Assembly: GCA_037447605.1 (NCBI GenBank) | Contig: CM074817.1 | Location: 868,001 to 932,000, forward strand | Reading direction: 5' to 3' | Length of the DNA stretch: 64,000 bases | Origin: Zygnema circumcarinatum SAG 698-1b | Lineage: Eukaryota; Plantae; Zygnematophyceae | Shown: positions 32,641 through 44,861 of the stretch, piece after piece | How the letters are laid out: each line of letters opens with the position of its first letter | How positions within the stretch are numbered: the first letter of the stretch is position 1 | Made by a program: the position numbers and the translations under genes | Notes under the pieces: generated by a model | What the model was told of the DNA's origin: nothing | Seen by the model: only the letters and a program-made list of their open reading frames with translations | Database searches by the model: none

Positions 32641-35600
32641 TCAATCTATCTCCCCAAGTGGACTGCCCGAAGTCGACATCCTCTCCGAGTCGACACGAGC
32701 CGCCTCCGCGCTCCTCTCCTCTTGATTCCCCCTCCTCCCTCCCTTCCCTCTCCCCACCTTCACCCTCCCCCACTTCCTCACCGCCTTGCTGCCCTCCAAC
32801 TGACTCAACCTGCTCTTCATAGAACTAATCAACGCCCCCATTTTGCTCCACCCCGAATGCTCCATTTCCATGTTGCCCTTTCCGTTCTGCTTCGACTGTA
32901 ACAGCGTTTCCCTGTCCGTCTGCATAGCACGCCCTATGGGAATCCAGTCATACTTTGAGGCGTCCAAGTGTTGGCGGACATGGCTTTCCAAGCCGGTGTA
33001 CTCGGTAGGGTTTCTCTTGAAGAGGTAGTCGAGGTAGAAGAGGTAGTGGAGGGGGTTGTGCTCGTGCTTTACATGGTCCAAAAACCCGCCCAGTCTCCGT
33101 TCAAATGTGAAGCGGTCTATGCTGCAAACGAAGCACTTGTCGTCTGCGTTTACGGCGGGAAGAAACAAGGAACATAGAAACGGATCGATAGGTGGGAATT
33201 TGAAAAGTGAAGGATAAGACGACTGAAGTAAAGGAAGTTACGAGAATTAATAAACTAGGAGAGGAGGGGGAGAGAGAGGAACAGAAGATGCAGAGGGAGA
33301 GGGGCAAGGGAGAGGCAGAGGGCGAGAGAGAGAGAGATGGAGAGATGGAAAGGGAGAGGGAGTGGGGGAGGGAGAGGGAGTGGAAGATGGAGAAGAAGAG
33401 GGAGAGGCAGAGGTAGAGAGAAGGAGAGTGGGGAGATGGCGAGGGCTAGAAATGGGGGGAGAGAGAGAGAGACGGAGCGTGAGAGCTAAAGGAAGTGGGA
33501 GAAGCAGAGGAAGAGAGAGAGAGTGAGAGGGGGGAGAGAGTGGGAGAGAGAGCGAGAGTCTGACTGACCAACGTCTTTCTCTTTGGCGGCACGCTCGTCT
33601 CGGATGGAAGTGAAGGCATCCACAATCTGCAAAGGAAACAAGCTCCCAATTAGCCATCTAAGAAGATAAACAGTGGGGACGAGAGAGGGAGAGGGAGAGG
33701 AAGTGAGGGAGAGCGAGACAAAGAGAGGGAGAGGAGGGCGATGGGGAGGGAGCGACAAAGGCCGAGAGAGTGGGAGAGGGAGAGGGGAAAAGAGGCGAGA
33801 GGAAGAAAAAGTGAAAGAAACAGAGTGAACAGCCCATCCGAGACGAAATAATCAACCTACACAGCACATCACTTCTCTCACAACCGTTCTCCTCCCTCAC
33901 TCTCCCCCTCTTCCCTCCCATCCCCCATCCCTCCCCCTCCCATACCTGTCCAGTGAAGATGTTCTGCAGCAGAAACACCCAAATGACGAGGAAGGAGAGG
34001 ATGAACAGTGTCCTGAGCTGCCTCCATGGCTCCTCCGTCGCCGCTTCCGGCACCCTCTCCCACCCTCCCCCCCAAATCTCTCCGATACTCCCACTGGCCA
34101 GTGCCCCTACCATGTGTGTCCCAATGCAGCCGTACAGAGTGGTGCAGACGGAGTCCCTATGGGCACCTCCGAAGGCGAGAAAGGAGACGACTGCATACAT
34201 GAAGATGACCAGCACTCCCACAAGACCTGTACGGAGAAGGAGAGGTCCGCCCACATAGGCGGAGCGGAGGACGAGAGCCCCGGAGGGGTGGTAGACGAGG
34301 AAGTCGAGGAGGTGGAGGACGAAGAAGAAGGGAGAGAGGAGGAGACCACCGGTGCTGCAAGAGAGATGGGGGAGGGGGGAATGGGAGGAGGGAAGAGGGA
34401 GAAGGGTGAGAGGGGGAGGAGATAAGGGAGAGAGAGGCGAGAAGTGGAGGGGAAGGGGACGGGCAGTCTCTCTCATTTCAGACTCTCCTTCCACTATATT
34501 TCTTTGTCCTTCCCTGTTTTAGTATTCCCATCTTTCGCTCTCTCTCCCCTTCTTGTGGTTCTCGCTCGAACTATTTATTCCCTCCACTCTCTCTCCCGCT
34601 CCTTTTTTATCTCCTCCCTACCCATTTTTCCGCCCTTCCCTGGCTCACAGTCCGTAGTTCCCTCTCTACCCTCCCCGTTTATCCTATCACACCTATTCCC
34701 TCCTCTCAAACTCGTTCTTCCTCCCCCTCTCCCTCTCCCCCCCTCCATTGCCCCCTCTCTCCCTCCCCTCTCTTCTCGCTTACTCCTCCCCCCTCTCTCC
34801 TCACCCTCACTTCCCCCGCTCCCTGTCCTTCGCCCCGTAATCCCTCTCTCTCACTCTGCTCCCCTCCCGTCTCCCTCTCCCTCTCTCCCCTCCCCTTTCC
34901 CCATATCTCTCTCTCCTCCTCGCCCTCACTCCTCCCCCCGCTCTCCTCTCCCTCACTTCCCCCTCTCCCTCACTTCCCCCTCGCCCTCTTTTTCCCACCC
35001 TCATCCCTCTCCGTCAGTCAGCTTCCGGCCCCCCTTCCCCTCACCCTCTCTCTCTCTCTCTCTCCCGCCATCCCATGCGAGAGTGTTTGCTCTCATTACC
35101 TTGCACATACGAGGAATACAAAATACCAAAAATCGGCGCATTGGAGAATAAGTCTCCAGGGCATTCTCTCCAACCTTTCAAGCTGCTCCAAATGGGACCT
35201 AAGCTGCCCTCCCTCCTCGCTCTCTCCTCCCTCCTCCAGCTCATCATAGTCTTCAGCTGCAAATCGCCAAAACCATCCCAAAAATGTCAACTTTCAAATC
35301 ATCACAAACACACAAAAATGGAAGCACATGACGTAAAGAAAATAGCGTCTTAACCGATGCTTTCGGGTTTCGGAACTTTTGTGAATACGTATGGACACCC
35401 AAACACACCAAAAAACGTCAAGAACACTGAAGAAAAACCCAAAAAACTGTTAAAGAAACCTAGTTTTAAAGGGTTTCCAGTCTGTTTTGCATTACCTTGA
35501 TTAGCGATCGCTTCATGCACGTCCTTTTCATTTTCTCGCTGTATTCCCTTTAAAATAAGGAAGGGAGATTCCACCAAAACCACGGAAATAAGGGCTAAAA

Positions 35601-38600
35601 TTGCAAATGCAACTTGCACAAGTCCCAAAGCTTTGATTAGGAGCCACGCCGTGACGTGACTGTCCCAAGAGCTTCTTGTTTGACCATAGCTGAGAACTAA
35701 AATTGTGACTATGAAGATAGAGAGGTAGAAAGGAGCCCTTTTTATTTCTGTTAGTCGGCGCTGCATGAAGCCGAGCCAAGGTCTCCGCCTTCGCATGCGT
35801 TCATTGTGTTGTAATTTGAGCATAGAATGGTAAGCAACTGCCATAAATTGTTGAACTTTCTGGGAGAAATAGAATTGAAAAAAACAAAAATGGGTGTGAG
35901 TTTTGGAAGTCCGAACATTGGCATATGAAATGCTGGAAGTTACAGAAGAGATTGGATCGAAATAAGGGTTATTAAGTTCTCAGCGGCTCCTGTTCTTAAA
36001 ATTTATGGGAGTTGAATGGCAATTGAATTTCAGGAGCTTAGGACCAGGTTCGTCTGCATATGTCTAGTGAGGAATAGGGGGAGAGAGAGAGAGCGAGAGA
36101 GAGAGAGAGGCTTCGAATTTTTATAATTTACTTCAGCAGCTTCTTCCTAGATCACTAGGAATTTATGGAAAAACCCAATTAGGAAAAAGGCCGAAGATTA
36201 GGCCAACAAACTCCATATACTATCTGCAGTCATATTCTCAGAACATACATACATTTTTTTTCGACCCTGTTTAAAAAAAAAAAAGAATTTTTTTACCTGT
36301 ACAGGATTCTCCCTAGGAACTTGGTAGAGCTCTTCCAGCGTTCTTTGGGTCCACGTGCCATCTTGTGAGAGGCTCCTGCACTCCGCCGTGAGAGGAAAAT
36401 AAACTTTTTCAAGCTGCCCCTCTCTCACAACTTCAATGGAGCACGTGCATTTGTCGAAAAAATATTGTAGAGCTCGCTCAGTCGAAAGCGTATGTTCAAA
36501 GCAAAAATTTCCGCATCTCTGCTGCTTATTACATTTCACGTAGCTATAAGTGCACTGTTTTGAATTCCGTATTGCGGAATTTGAAAGGTATTTTCCGGAA
36601 GTAGTTTCACAAGCTTCCGCGGAAGTGACCATCCATTTGTCGAAATTGTCGAGTTTCACGAGAAGAATGAGGGAATTCAGAACCTCTGTACGGAGCAAAA
36701 ATTTGCGAGTTTCTTGACTGAAAGAAGCCCAAATCGGAGCTTTAAAAAACTGAGATCGACGATGATTCCCTTTCCCTATAGAATTACTTCCACCCACATT
36801 TCTCAATGGCATGTACGGATTGTGAATTTTTCCCACAAATTTTAACGATCCTGCTGCTGCTGCTCCTCCCCCCACTCCTCCTCTCCCTCCACCTCTCCCT
36901 CCTCCTCCTCCTCCTCCGCCACCTCCTCCTCCAACTACAGATCGCAGAAACAGCATTTCTTTTTTCAATTCTCTCCAACTCTCTTCCTTTCCTCCGATCT
37001 CCCTCCCCTCGTCTCTCCCATCGCTCTGCTTTGCAATTCTGTCATCCAATAAGATGCTTTGCATTTGTTTGCAGCGCTGGACCAATCGCGGAAATCCGAT
37101 AATTGCTGCCATTTTAGTCGGAATTTCATCATTGCTTCCAATCTCCTCCAGCAGGCTGAGGTAGACGGTGAGAATTCCGTTTCTCAACCAACAGCGGAGA
37201 TCATTAGGGCTCAGCTGCATACAGGGAGAGGGAGGAGCAAAACACACTCTTATTAATGAGTTTTATTTTTTATATTTCACAATCAAAGATAGTAGATGAT
37301 AGTTTCTTAAAGTTAGATTGCCGATGAAAACGGTTATTCAAGTACTTTGCTATTTACTTATTACCTATCAAATTCCTAGTAAAGTTCGATAAGGCATCCT
37401 GAAGTCTTCTTCCCTCCTCACAAAGAGAGAGAGGGAGAGAGACTGGGGAGTGGGGAGGAGAGGCAGGCAAAGAGACAGGGACGAAAACAAAGCGAGCAGT
37501 TCCCGGAGAGAGAACACAGACATACAGAGAGAGAGAGAGCGAGAGAGAGAGAGAGAGAGAGAGAGGCTGACCAATAAGGAGGCAGTGTGAGAGTTCTCCT
37601 CTGGCCAGTGAGGGCCCAAGGAGGTATAGTGCAGCACCCGGCCGAGCACCTCTCTCGGGCACCTCCTCCCCCTCCCTCCCCACTCTCCTTCTCCCTCTCC
37701 CTCTCCCTCTCTCTCCCCCTCTCCCTCTCCCTCCTCGAGGTAGGCGAGCCCCCCCGCGAGGCGCTCCGCCACACTGAGGAAGGAGCTGCGCGCGACGGCC
37801 GCCTGGTTGGCCGCACAAGGGCCCTGCATTGCCTCCGCGAGCGTGTTCAAGGCCTGGGGAGGGGGAAGTGGGGGGGGTAAGCACAGGGTGAGGGAGGGAG
37901 AGAAAGAGGGGGGAGGGAGGGAGTGAGGGAGGGAGAGAGGGAGAGGTTTTTAGGGAGGGGAGGGAGGGGAGGGAGGGGAGGGAGGGNNNNNNNNNNAGGG
38001 AGGGAGGGAGGGAGGGGTTAGGTAAAAAATCTCAATTTTAAAATAATATAAAAATGGAATTACCTGGAGAGTCACTCCCACCAGCAGGGGCGACTTTGAC
38101 TCCACATTCTTCTCTAGGGCAGGCTGCAAATGCTCAAGCAGGAGAACCACCTCCTGTAAAAGATTCACTCCCTTCCCCCCTCCCGCTCCCTCCTGCCCCT
38201 CCTCCTGCACTCTCATCAGCCTCTGCATCTGCGCATTATGGCCCTCACATAACAGCTGCAGCATTCTGAGGAGATTATAAACATGATTTGAGAGAATTCC
38301 CCATGCTTTCCTCCTCAAAATGCTATTATGTGGGCCTAGTTCGGCCATGCTTCCCTTTCCGGGTTCGTCCGCTCTCTCGCCTCTCTCTCCCTCTCCCTCT
38401 TCCTCTCCCTCTCCTTCCTCTTCTTCCGCGTCCTCGTCCTCCTCCTCCTCCTGCTCTTCCCTTGCAGTTTCCGTAGAAGGCTTCTGTGAAGCAGACGGAG
38501 AATTTCGCTTCGATTCCGTGTCTTTTCCTTCAAAAATTGTTTCCGAAATCGATACTTCCGCGATATCTCGAGCTAAGGAGCTGGTCCATCCACCCATCTG

Positions 38601-41600
38601 AAGACTATTTCGATGCTCAGAAGACCTTTTCCTCCGCTTCTTAAACTGTTCCCGAAACTCGCCATTTCGTCTCGGAGTTGAAAAAAACCTACCCTCAGTT
38701 TCTTCACTCTCAATACTCTTTTGGAAAAACTTTATCGATGCGGAAGCAGCTGCGAATTCCCTTTTTATTGACTCGAAAAAAGAAGAATTTTTGAGAATAG
38801 CATGAGACATTACTCCTTGCACATGTGCATTTCCTTCGTCAGTTAAAGTAATAGCTAACTTTACGGCTTCCGCTCTCACATCTTGATGGGGATAACTCAC
38901 CAAATGTATGGCACAAGAAGCAAGCCCTAAATCCGCATATCGACTTTGTGCATTTTCTAAGTTCTGTAAACTGTCTTTGGAGTTTCGAACGGGAACATCA
39001 TTTTCGAACATTTCCCACCTGCTTAGCTTCTTCTCCCTCTCCTCTTTCTCTCTCTCCTCCACCACCTCTTTATCGTACTTTTCCAATTCAAACCCATCTG
39101 AACCATCCACCAAGTAAACCATTCCACGCGCAATTCGCAGTAATCGAGTGATGATTTCAGGTGGAATTTCTGGTGGGATAGTTTGAGCTGAAAGAAGAGA
39201 AGTCATCTCTACCACAACGAGAGAGTAGGAGAAGGGAGGGGAGGAGTTTGGAACAATTTTGGGTTGACTCAAAAGAAGGGCCAAACTTCTCGCTGCCGAA
39301 TTGTCGACCCCATAAATATCGTTTATCTCTAATTTTTTCGCAAATAATTTGCAAAAATTCACCCAATTAGCCCTCAACCGCTTCCCCTCCTCACTCACTT
39401 CATCTTGCCCATCTCCCCCCTTCCTTCTTATATACTTTCCCGATTTTTTTATCCGTTGCCGACTTATAAAATTCCGAGCACTGGAATGGGCAGTTCCCCC
39501 TATTAGAGCCCCTGCAATTCTCAATTCTTCCAAACAATTCTGTACGATTTCTCTCTCTTCATCTTTCCAAATTTCAGCCAGTCTTCTCATTGCTCCGATC
39601 AAGCTATCCAGCACCAACCTATGTGAGAGAGGAATGTGAGACCTACCGATAAAATGCTTCTGAAAATAAGCATTTAGCATCGGAAATATCGCATTTAAAG
39701 CCAAATATCGGGCAGATCCTTCCACCGGTCTCGATTCAGTCGATTCCGCAAAAGCAGAATGTAATTCGGAAACGATATCTTGCATGAGGGAGAGGCTGCT
39801 TTCCTCCTCACTTTGGTAGCTTTTAAACTCCAATTCTAAGTTCCCTACTCCTATATCGTCCTCTCCCGGAGCAGGCCAAACTCCGCTTCTATGATCTCTC
39901 AGTTCTAGCATCGGTTTATCGCCATATCTACTCACAAATCCATAGTGCAAGAGTTTTAAGTATGAACTTTTAACCATTCGAATTGTTTCTACATCTAAAG
40001 GAGTTTCTCCGCAAACTTCTGAAATCCCAAAGTCGACCGAATTTCCAAAATCGTCCATAGAATCTCGCCCTTTCTCCCTCCCTATCTCGCTATCTCGAAT
40101 TTCGCTTTTCCGAATCATAGAAAGAGAAATCGAGTCGATTTCAGCAAACCCATTTCCTGCGAGTATTTCCTCTTTCAACTTCAATTCTGCGCTATTCGAT
40201 TTTCCCGCAAATTTTATTCCCTTTTCCGCTGTAAATGGACTAACCTGAATACTGTCAAAATCCAGATTTCCCTGTCTCCGTAAACTGCTAGTACTTCGAA
40301 GTGCATTTTCAGTGGTATTGTTGATTTCTCTCCCACTTCCTCCATGTATTTTTTCAGCCTCCTTCGACTCTTTGGCTAACCACAGAAGGGTTTTCATCAC
40401 CTCCTTGAAGCTGACCAAACTTCCGACTTTTACCGCATTTTCGGGCTGCCTCCCTAAGCAGCAGGTTGCTAGGAGGGCCACAAATGAAATATGATATAAA
40501 AGTTTGCTTTCCAATTTTTCCGTCAAATGTTCATTTTGGGCCATCCACTCCCGCCGAGCTTTCCATTCGGTAATTTTTTTCGGAAAAGACGAAACTTCTT
40601 CAAAGTGTTGGAGAAGTAAGTCCGTAACTAGCATTTGGTTTCGCTTTATCGTTTTTTCGTTAGCAACAATCGTCACCTGTTGGTCAAAAATCGGTCAAAG
40701 TCACTCGACCAAACCATCGACTAAAGCGATAGTTTCACCATTTGGGTACGGTTTCTAGAAACAAAGCAATCTCTTTTTCAAAGGTCAGAACCTCAGAGCG
40801 AGTGTGAGTGAGTATGTCTCTGTGTGCGTAAAGGGAAGAGAGCGGGAGAGGGAGCAAGAGAGAAGGAAAGGGAGGGGGATGGGCGAGAGGGCGAGGGAGA
40901 CTTGCCTCCAAAAACTGTAACCATCTCGCTCTCTTTCCGTAGCGTAGAATGTAACGGAAGTAGGAGCATATGAGGGTGTCCTTCAGTTCCGAGCAAGCCT
41001 CATAGTTGTTCCGCACCACGGCAGAGAGGCAGCCGGTCGAATCAATTCGCCGAATTTTGCGATGAGATAGAAACACGCGCATGTGCTTCGCGAGGGCCTG
41101 CTGACTCTCCTCGTTCGCGACGCCGCTGCAGAACTGTCACACGTAGGGGGGAGAGAGAGAAAGGGAGAGGGAGAGAGGGAGAGAGGGAGAGAGGGAGAGA
41201 GGGAGAGAGGGAGAGAGGGAGAGAGGGAGAGAGGGAGAGAGGGAGAGAGGAGAGAGGGAGAGGGAGAGAGGGAGAGAGGGAGAGAGGAGGGAGTGGGAGA
41301 GAGGGAGAGGGAGAGAGAGGGAGAGAGGGAGAGAGGGAGAGAGGGAGAGAGGGAGAGAGGGAGAGAGGGAGAGAGGGAGAGGGAGAGAGGGAGAAAGGGA
41401 GAGAGGGGAGTGGAGGGAGAGGGAGAGGGAGAGAGGGAGAGAGGGAGCAGGGAGAGAGGGAGAGAGGGAGAGAGGGAGAGAGGAGAGAGAGGGAGATTGG
41501 GAGAGAGGGGGAGAGGGAGAGAGGGAGAGTGGGAGAGTGGGAGAGAGGGATCGGGAGAGAATGAGAGAGGGAGAGAGGGGGAGAGGGAGATTGGGAGAGA

Positions 41601-43069
41601 GGGGGAGAGGGAAGGAGAGAGAGGGAGAGAGGAAGAGAGGGAGAGAGGGAGGAGAGGGAGAGAGGGAGAGAGAGAGAGGAGAGAGGGAGAGAGGGAGAGG
41701 GAGAGAGGGAGAGAGGGAGAGGGAGAGGGAGAGAGGGAGAGGGAGAGAGGGATATTGGGAGAGAGGAGGAGAGGGAAGGAGAGAGAGAGGGAGAGAGGAG
41801 AGAGGGAGAGAGGGAGAGGGAGAGAGGGAGAGAGGGAGAGGGGGAGATTGGGAGAGAGGGAGGAGGGAAGAGGGAAGGAGAGAGAGAGGGAGAGAGGGAG
41901 AGGAGAGAGGGAGAGAGGGAGAGAGGGAGAGGGAGAGAGGGAGAGAGGGAGAGAGGGAGAGAGGAGGAGAGGGAGAGTGGGAGAGGGAGAGAGGGGAGAG
42001 AAGGAGAGAGGGAGAGAGGAAGAGAGGGAGAGAGGGAGAGAGGGAGAGAGGGAGAGAGGAAGAGAGGGAGAGAGGGAGAGAGGGATATTGGGAGAGAGGA
42101 GGAGAGGGAAGGAGAGAGAGAGGGAGAGAGGGAGAGAGGGAGAGAGGGAGAGGGAGAGAGGGAGAGAGGGAGAGGGGGAGATTGGGAGAGAGGGGGAGAG
42201 GGGAAGAGGGAAGGAGAGAGAGGGAGAGAGGGAGAGAGGGAGAGAGGGAGAGAGGGAGAGAGGGAGAGGGAGAGAGGGAGAGAGGGAGAGAGGGAGAGAG
42301 GGAGAGAGGGAGAGAGGGAGAGTGGGAGAGGGAGAGGGAGAGAAGGAGAGAGGGAGAGAGGAAGAGAGGGAGAGAGGGAGAGAGGGAGAGAGGGAGAGAG
42401 GAAGAGAGGGAGAGAGGGAGAGAGGAAGAGAGGGAGAGGGAGAGAGGGAGAGTGGGAGAGTGGGAGGAAGGGAGGAGGGAGAGAGGGAGAGAGGGGGAAG
42501 GGAGGAAGGCGGAAGGGGAGAGAGCGAGAGGAGAAGGGGAAGGGGAAGGGAGGGAAAGAAAGAGTGCGAGGGAGGAAGGCAGAGAGCGGAAGCGGGTGAG
42601 GGAGAGAGAAAGAGAGAGGGGGAACGGAAAGGGAGAGGGAGAGAGAGAAAGAAAGTGGGTGAGAAAGGGGGCGAGGAGGAGAAAGAGAGAGAGAGAGAAA
42701 GAGAGAAAGAGAGGGAGAGAGAGTGAGCGAGAGGTGGGGGCAGGGGTGCAGCAGATTTGTTTTTTCAGCAACATAGTAAGTCAACTGCCGGTGTACACCA
42801 TCGGTCAGAAAAATATCTGCTGGCTACAGTGGGCTGGAGAGAAAAGCGAGAGAGAAAAAGAGAGAGAGTGAGAGAGTTAGGGAGAGAGTGAGGGAGAGGG
42901 AGAGAGGGGTGAGAGGAGGTTTACTGGAGAAAGTGGGGCCATCTTACCTTTTCAAGAAAGCCATAGGCTGAAGAAAAGAGCATCTCCATCCCCTTATCCT
43001 CCATCTCCCACAAATCGCTCTCTTTGCCCGAATGGTCCTTTTGCTGGAACGGCGTTTGAAGTAGCTCAA
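32641..43069 (-). CDS. ITPR-like: IP3-receptor / ryanodine-receptor superfamily Ca2+ release channel-like gene, 5'-partial
   Basis: Collinear family motifs across at least 10 exons. RIH: ELLQTPF...[77 protein letters not shown]-associated: [42 protein letters not shown]. Then [19 protein letters not shown] helices, pore C-TTLYGC...ASGSIGE, S6 [15 protein letters not shown], and C-terminal [12 protein letters not shown]...[17 protein letters not shown]...[11 protein letters not shown]...DWIP. Confidence 0.9.
41150..42730. repeat. 1.6-kb polypurine satellite (GAGAGAGG)n in an intron of the ITPR-like gene
   Basis: Almost exclusively A/G on the + strand, with rare T-containing marker words recurring about every 333 bp. 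Confidence 0.9.
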
Positions 43070-43453
43070 CTGCAGATTTCCAAAAAAATAAAAGAAATTA
43101 AAGAAAAGTTATTGGAGAAAAAACAAGGCCAGTTTGTGGGAATCTTTGGTACTTTGTGGCCATTTTTGGCTTTTACCTCTCTAAGGAAACTTGCAAAAAC
43201 CTACGATTCAATCAAACTCCATTTCAAACTCGCCTTTCTAGACTATAGTTGGAAAACCATTGTGAGTAGCCTGTAACGCATGGATCAGAGCTCTCCACGT
43301 CAGACAAAATGCCTACGTGGTAAATGCTGATTGGGCCGGTGCCATTGAAGATACCCTCAACGAAAACCAACAGTCCTTCCTTTTCTATGCACGTAGTGTG
43401 GTTTAGTGAGCGAGAGAGAGAGAGAGAGGGGGGAAGAGAGAGAGGGGAAAGAG

Positions 43454-43553
43454 NNNNNNNNNNNNNNNNNNNNNNNNNNNNNNNNNNNNNNNNNNNNNNN
43501 NNNNNNNNNNNNNNNNNNNNNNNNNNNNNNNNNNNNNNNNNNNNNNNNNNNNN
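43454..43553. other. 100-N scaffold gap; 10-N gaps at 1447, 3886, 8252, 10082, 37987 and 44852
   Basis: Runs of N in the sequence, mostly beside G or GA homopolymeric tracts. Confidence 0.99.
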
Positions 43554-44861
43554 GCCAGCGAGGAGCTTCCGTCATGTCAGCGCGGCATGCTGAGCTGGAC
43601 TTAGGGTTAGGGTTAGGGTTGGGGAGGAGCTCTGAAGCCCTAAGAACTGGGCACTGCAAACGGTACGAGGATTAAAATCCCTTAATCGAGGGGAAACTCA
43701 AGGAGGTGCTTGAACTTGAAACTATTTGAAGGTTTGGAAGAAAATTGAATGGATTATTGTAGACTATTTGATAAGAAAAACAGGACACAAGTGGATTTTA
43801 AACTGTATTCCACATGCGTAAAGCTCAAATATGAGCCAAGAAGAGGAAGCTGAAACGTGCGGTCTTTGAAGGGGCCCCTGAAAGCCTGCAAACTGTACAA
43901 ATAAGCAAAGAATAAGTGGCTGTAGTATTAAATTTCTAAAATTTGTTAAGTGTAAATTGAAAATCTGCAGGCTATCTTTCCTTACTCTCGCTCCAAAACC
44001 TGCTCTCAGTTTCTGAAACAGTTGGCACTCAGCTTCATCACGGAACTCCCTTTTTTCACCGTGTAGAAGGCCTCAAGGTTTTTACAAATTAGTACTCTGC
44101 AATATCGTGAACGTCCCCTTTTTACGGATTGCGATGTACTTCGTTTGAATTGGACCGACAGAGTGTTCTGTCTCCGGGCTCACACGCGGCGGATTTTGCG
44201 GAAGGGTAAAAGCACGGAAAGTTATTTTACTCTTGGATCCTTTAAACCCGTTTTAACGGAAAGGCGAAATTTTTGAAACGTTTTTGATTGATTTTGGAAA
44301 TGCCGAAAACGTTTTAACGCTGCCCTAAAATTTCATATGGACCAATATTAAAATATACTTCAGAATAAATTGACAGCCGGAGTATGAATGCAAAAGTCGA
44401 GGATTGACAAAAAATTGTTTTTATCGTAAATATGTTTTTTCATCTCTGAACCACAAAATTTTGACGATATCTACGGTCAGATGAAATATTTTTTGAAAAA
44501 AACAAAAACTCGAATTTTGGCACGGTCGTTGCCGTTCAACGACGTCGCAAGTGGTGCCACGTGGTAGCTGTAAAATTTTGTCGGAAGAATCAGCTACTCA
44601 TTCGACGCCACGTGTACGTTCGAATCAGATTGTCGGAATTACAACCACTGAGCGGCCGCCATGTCGGTTATTGTTATTATTGCGATATCAGATCCAGGCC
44701 ACGTGGCGATTCATGATTGGCTTAGAGCGGCCGTTCACGGTCGTTCGCGGGTCGCTCCCGTCGTAATGCCCTCTGCGGGAGCCACGTGGCGCTGATTGGG
44801 CAGGGAGGGGCAGCGTGGTCGGTGGGCCCCGGGGGGGGGGGGGGGGGGGGGNNNNNNNNNN

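Noticed and set aside
40745-40800. Apparent extra ITPR-like exon [17 protein letters not shown]
   Set aside because: Including it breaks phase or introduces a stop; the direct GC-AG join gives a better family match.
41042-42871. ORFs of 440-580 aa (poly LSPS / ERGRE) on both strands, and similar ones at 14202-15656, 20480-22662, 44688-46733 and 58115-58979
   Set aside because: They are translations of stop-free GA/CT satellites, open in several frames at once and mostly inside introns.
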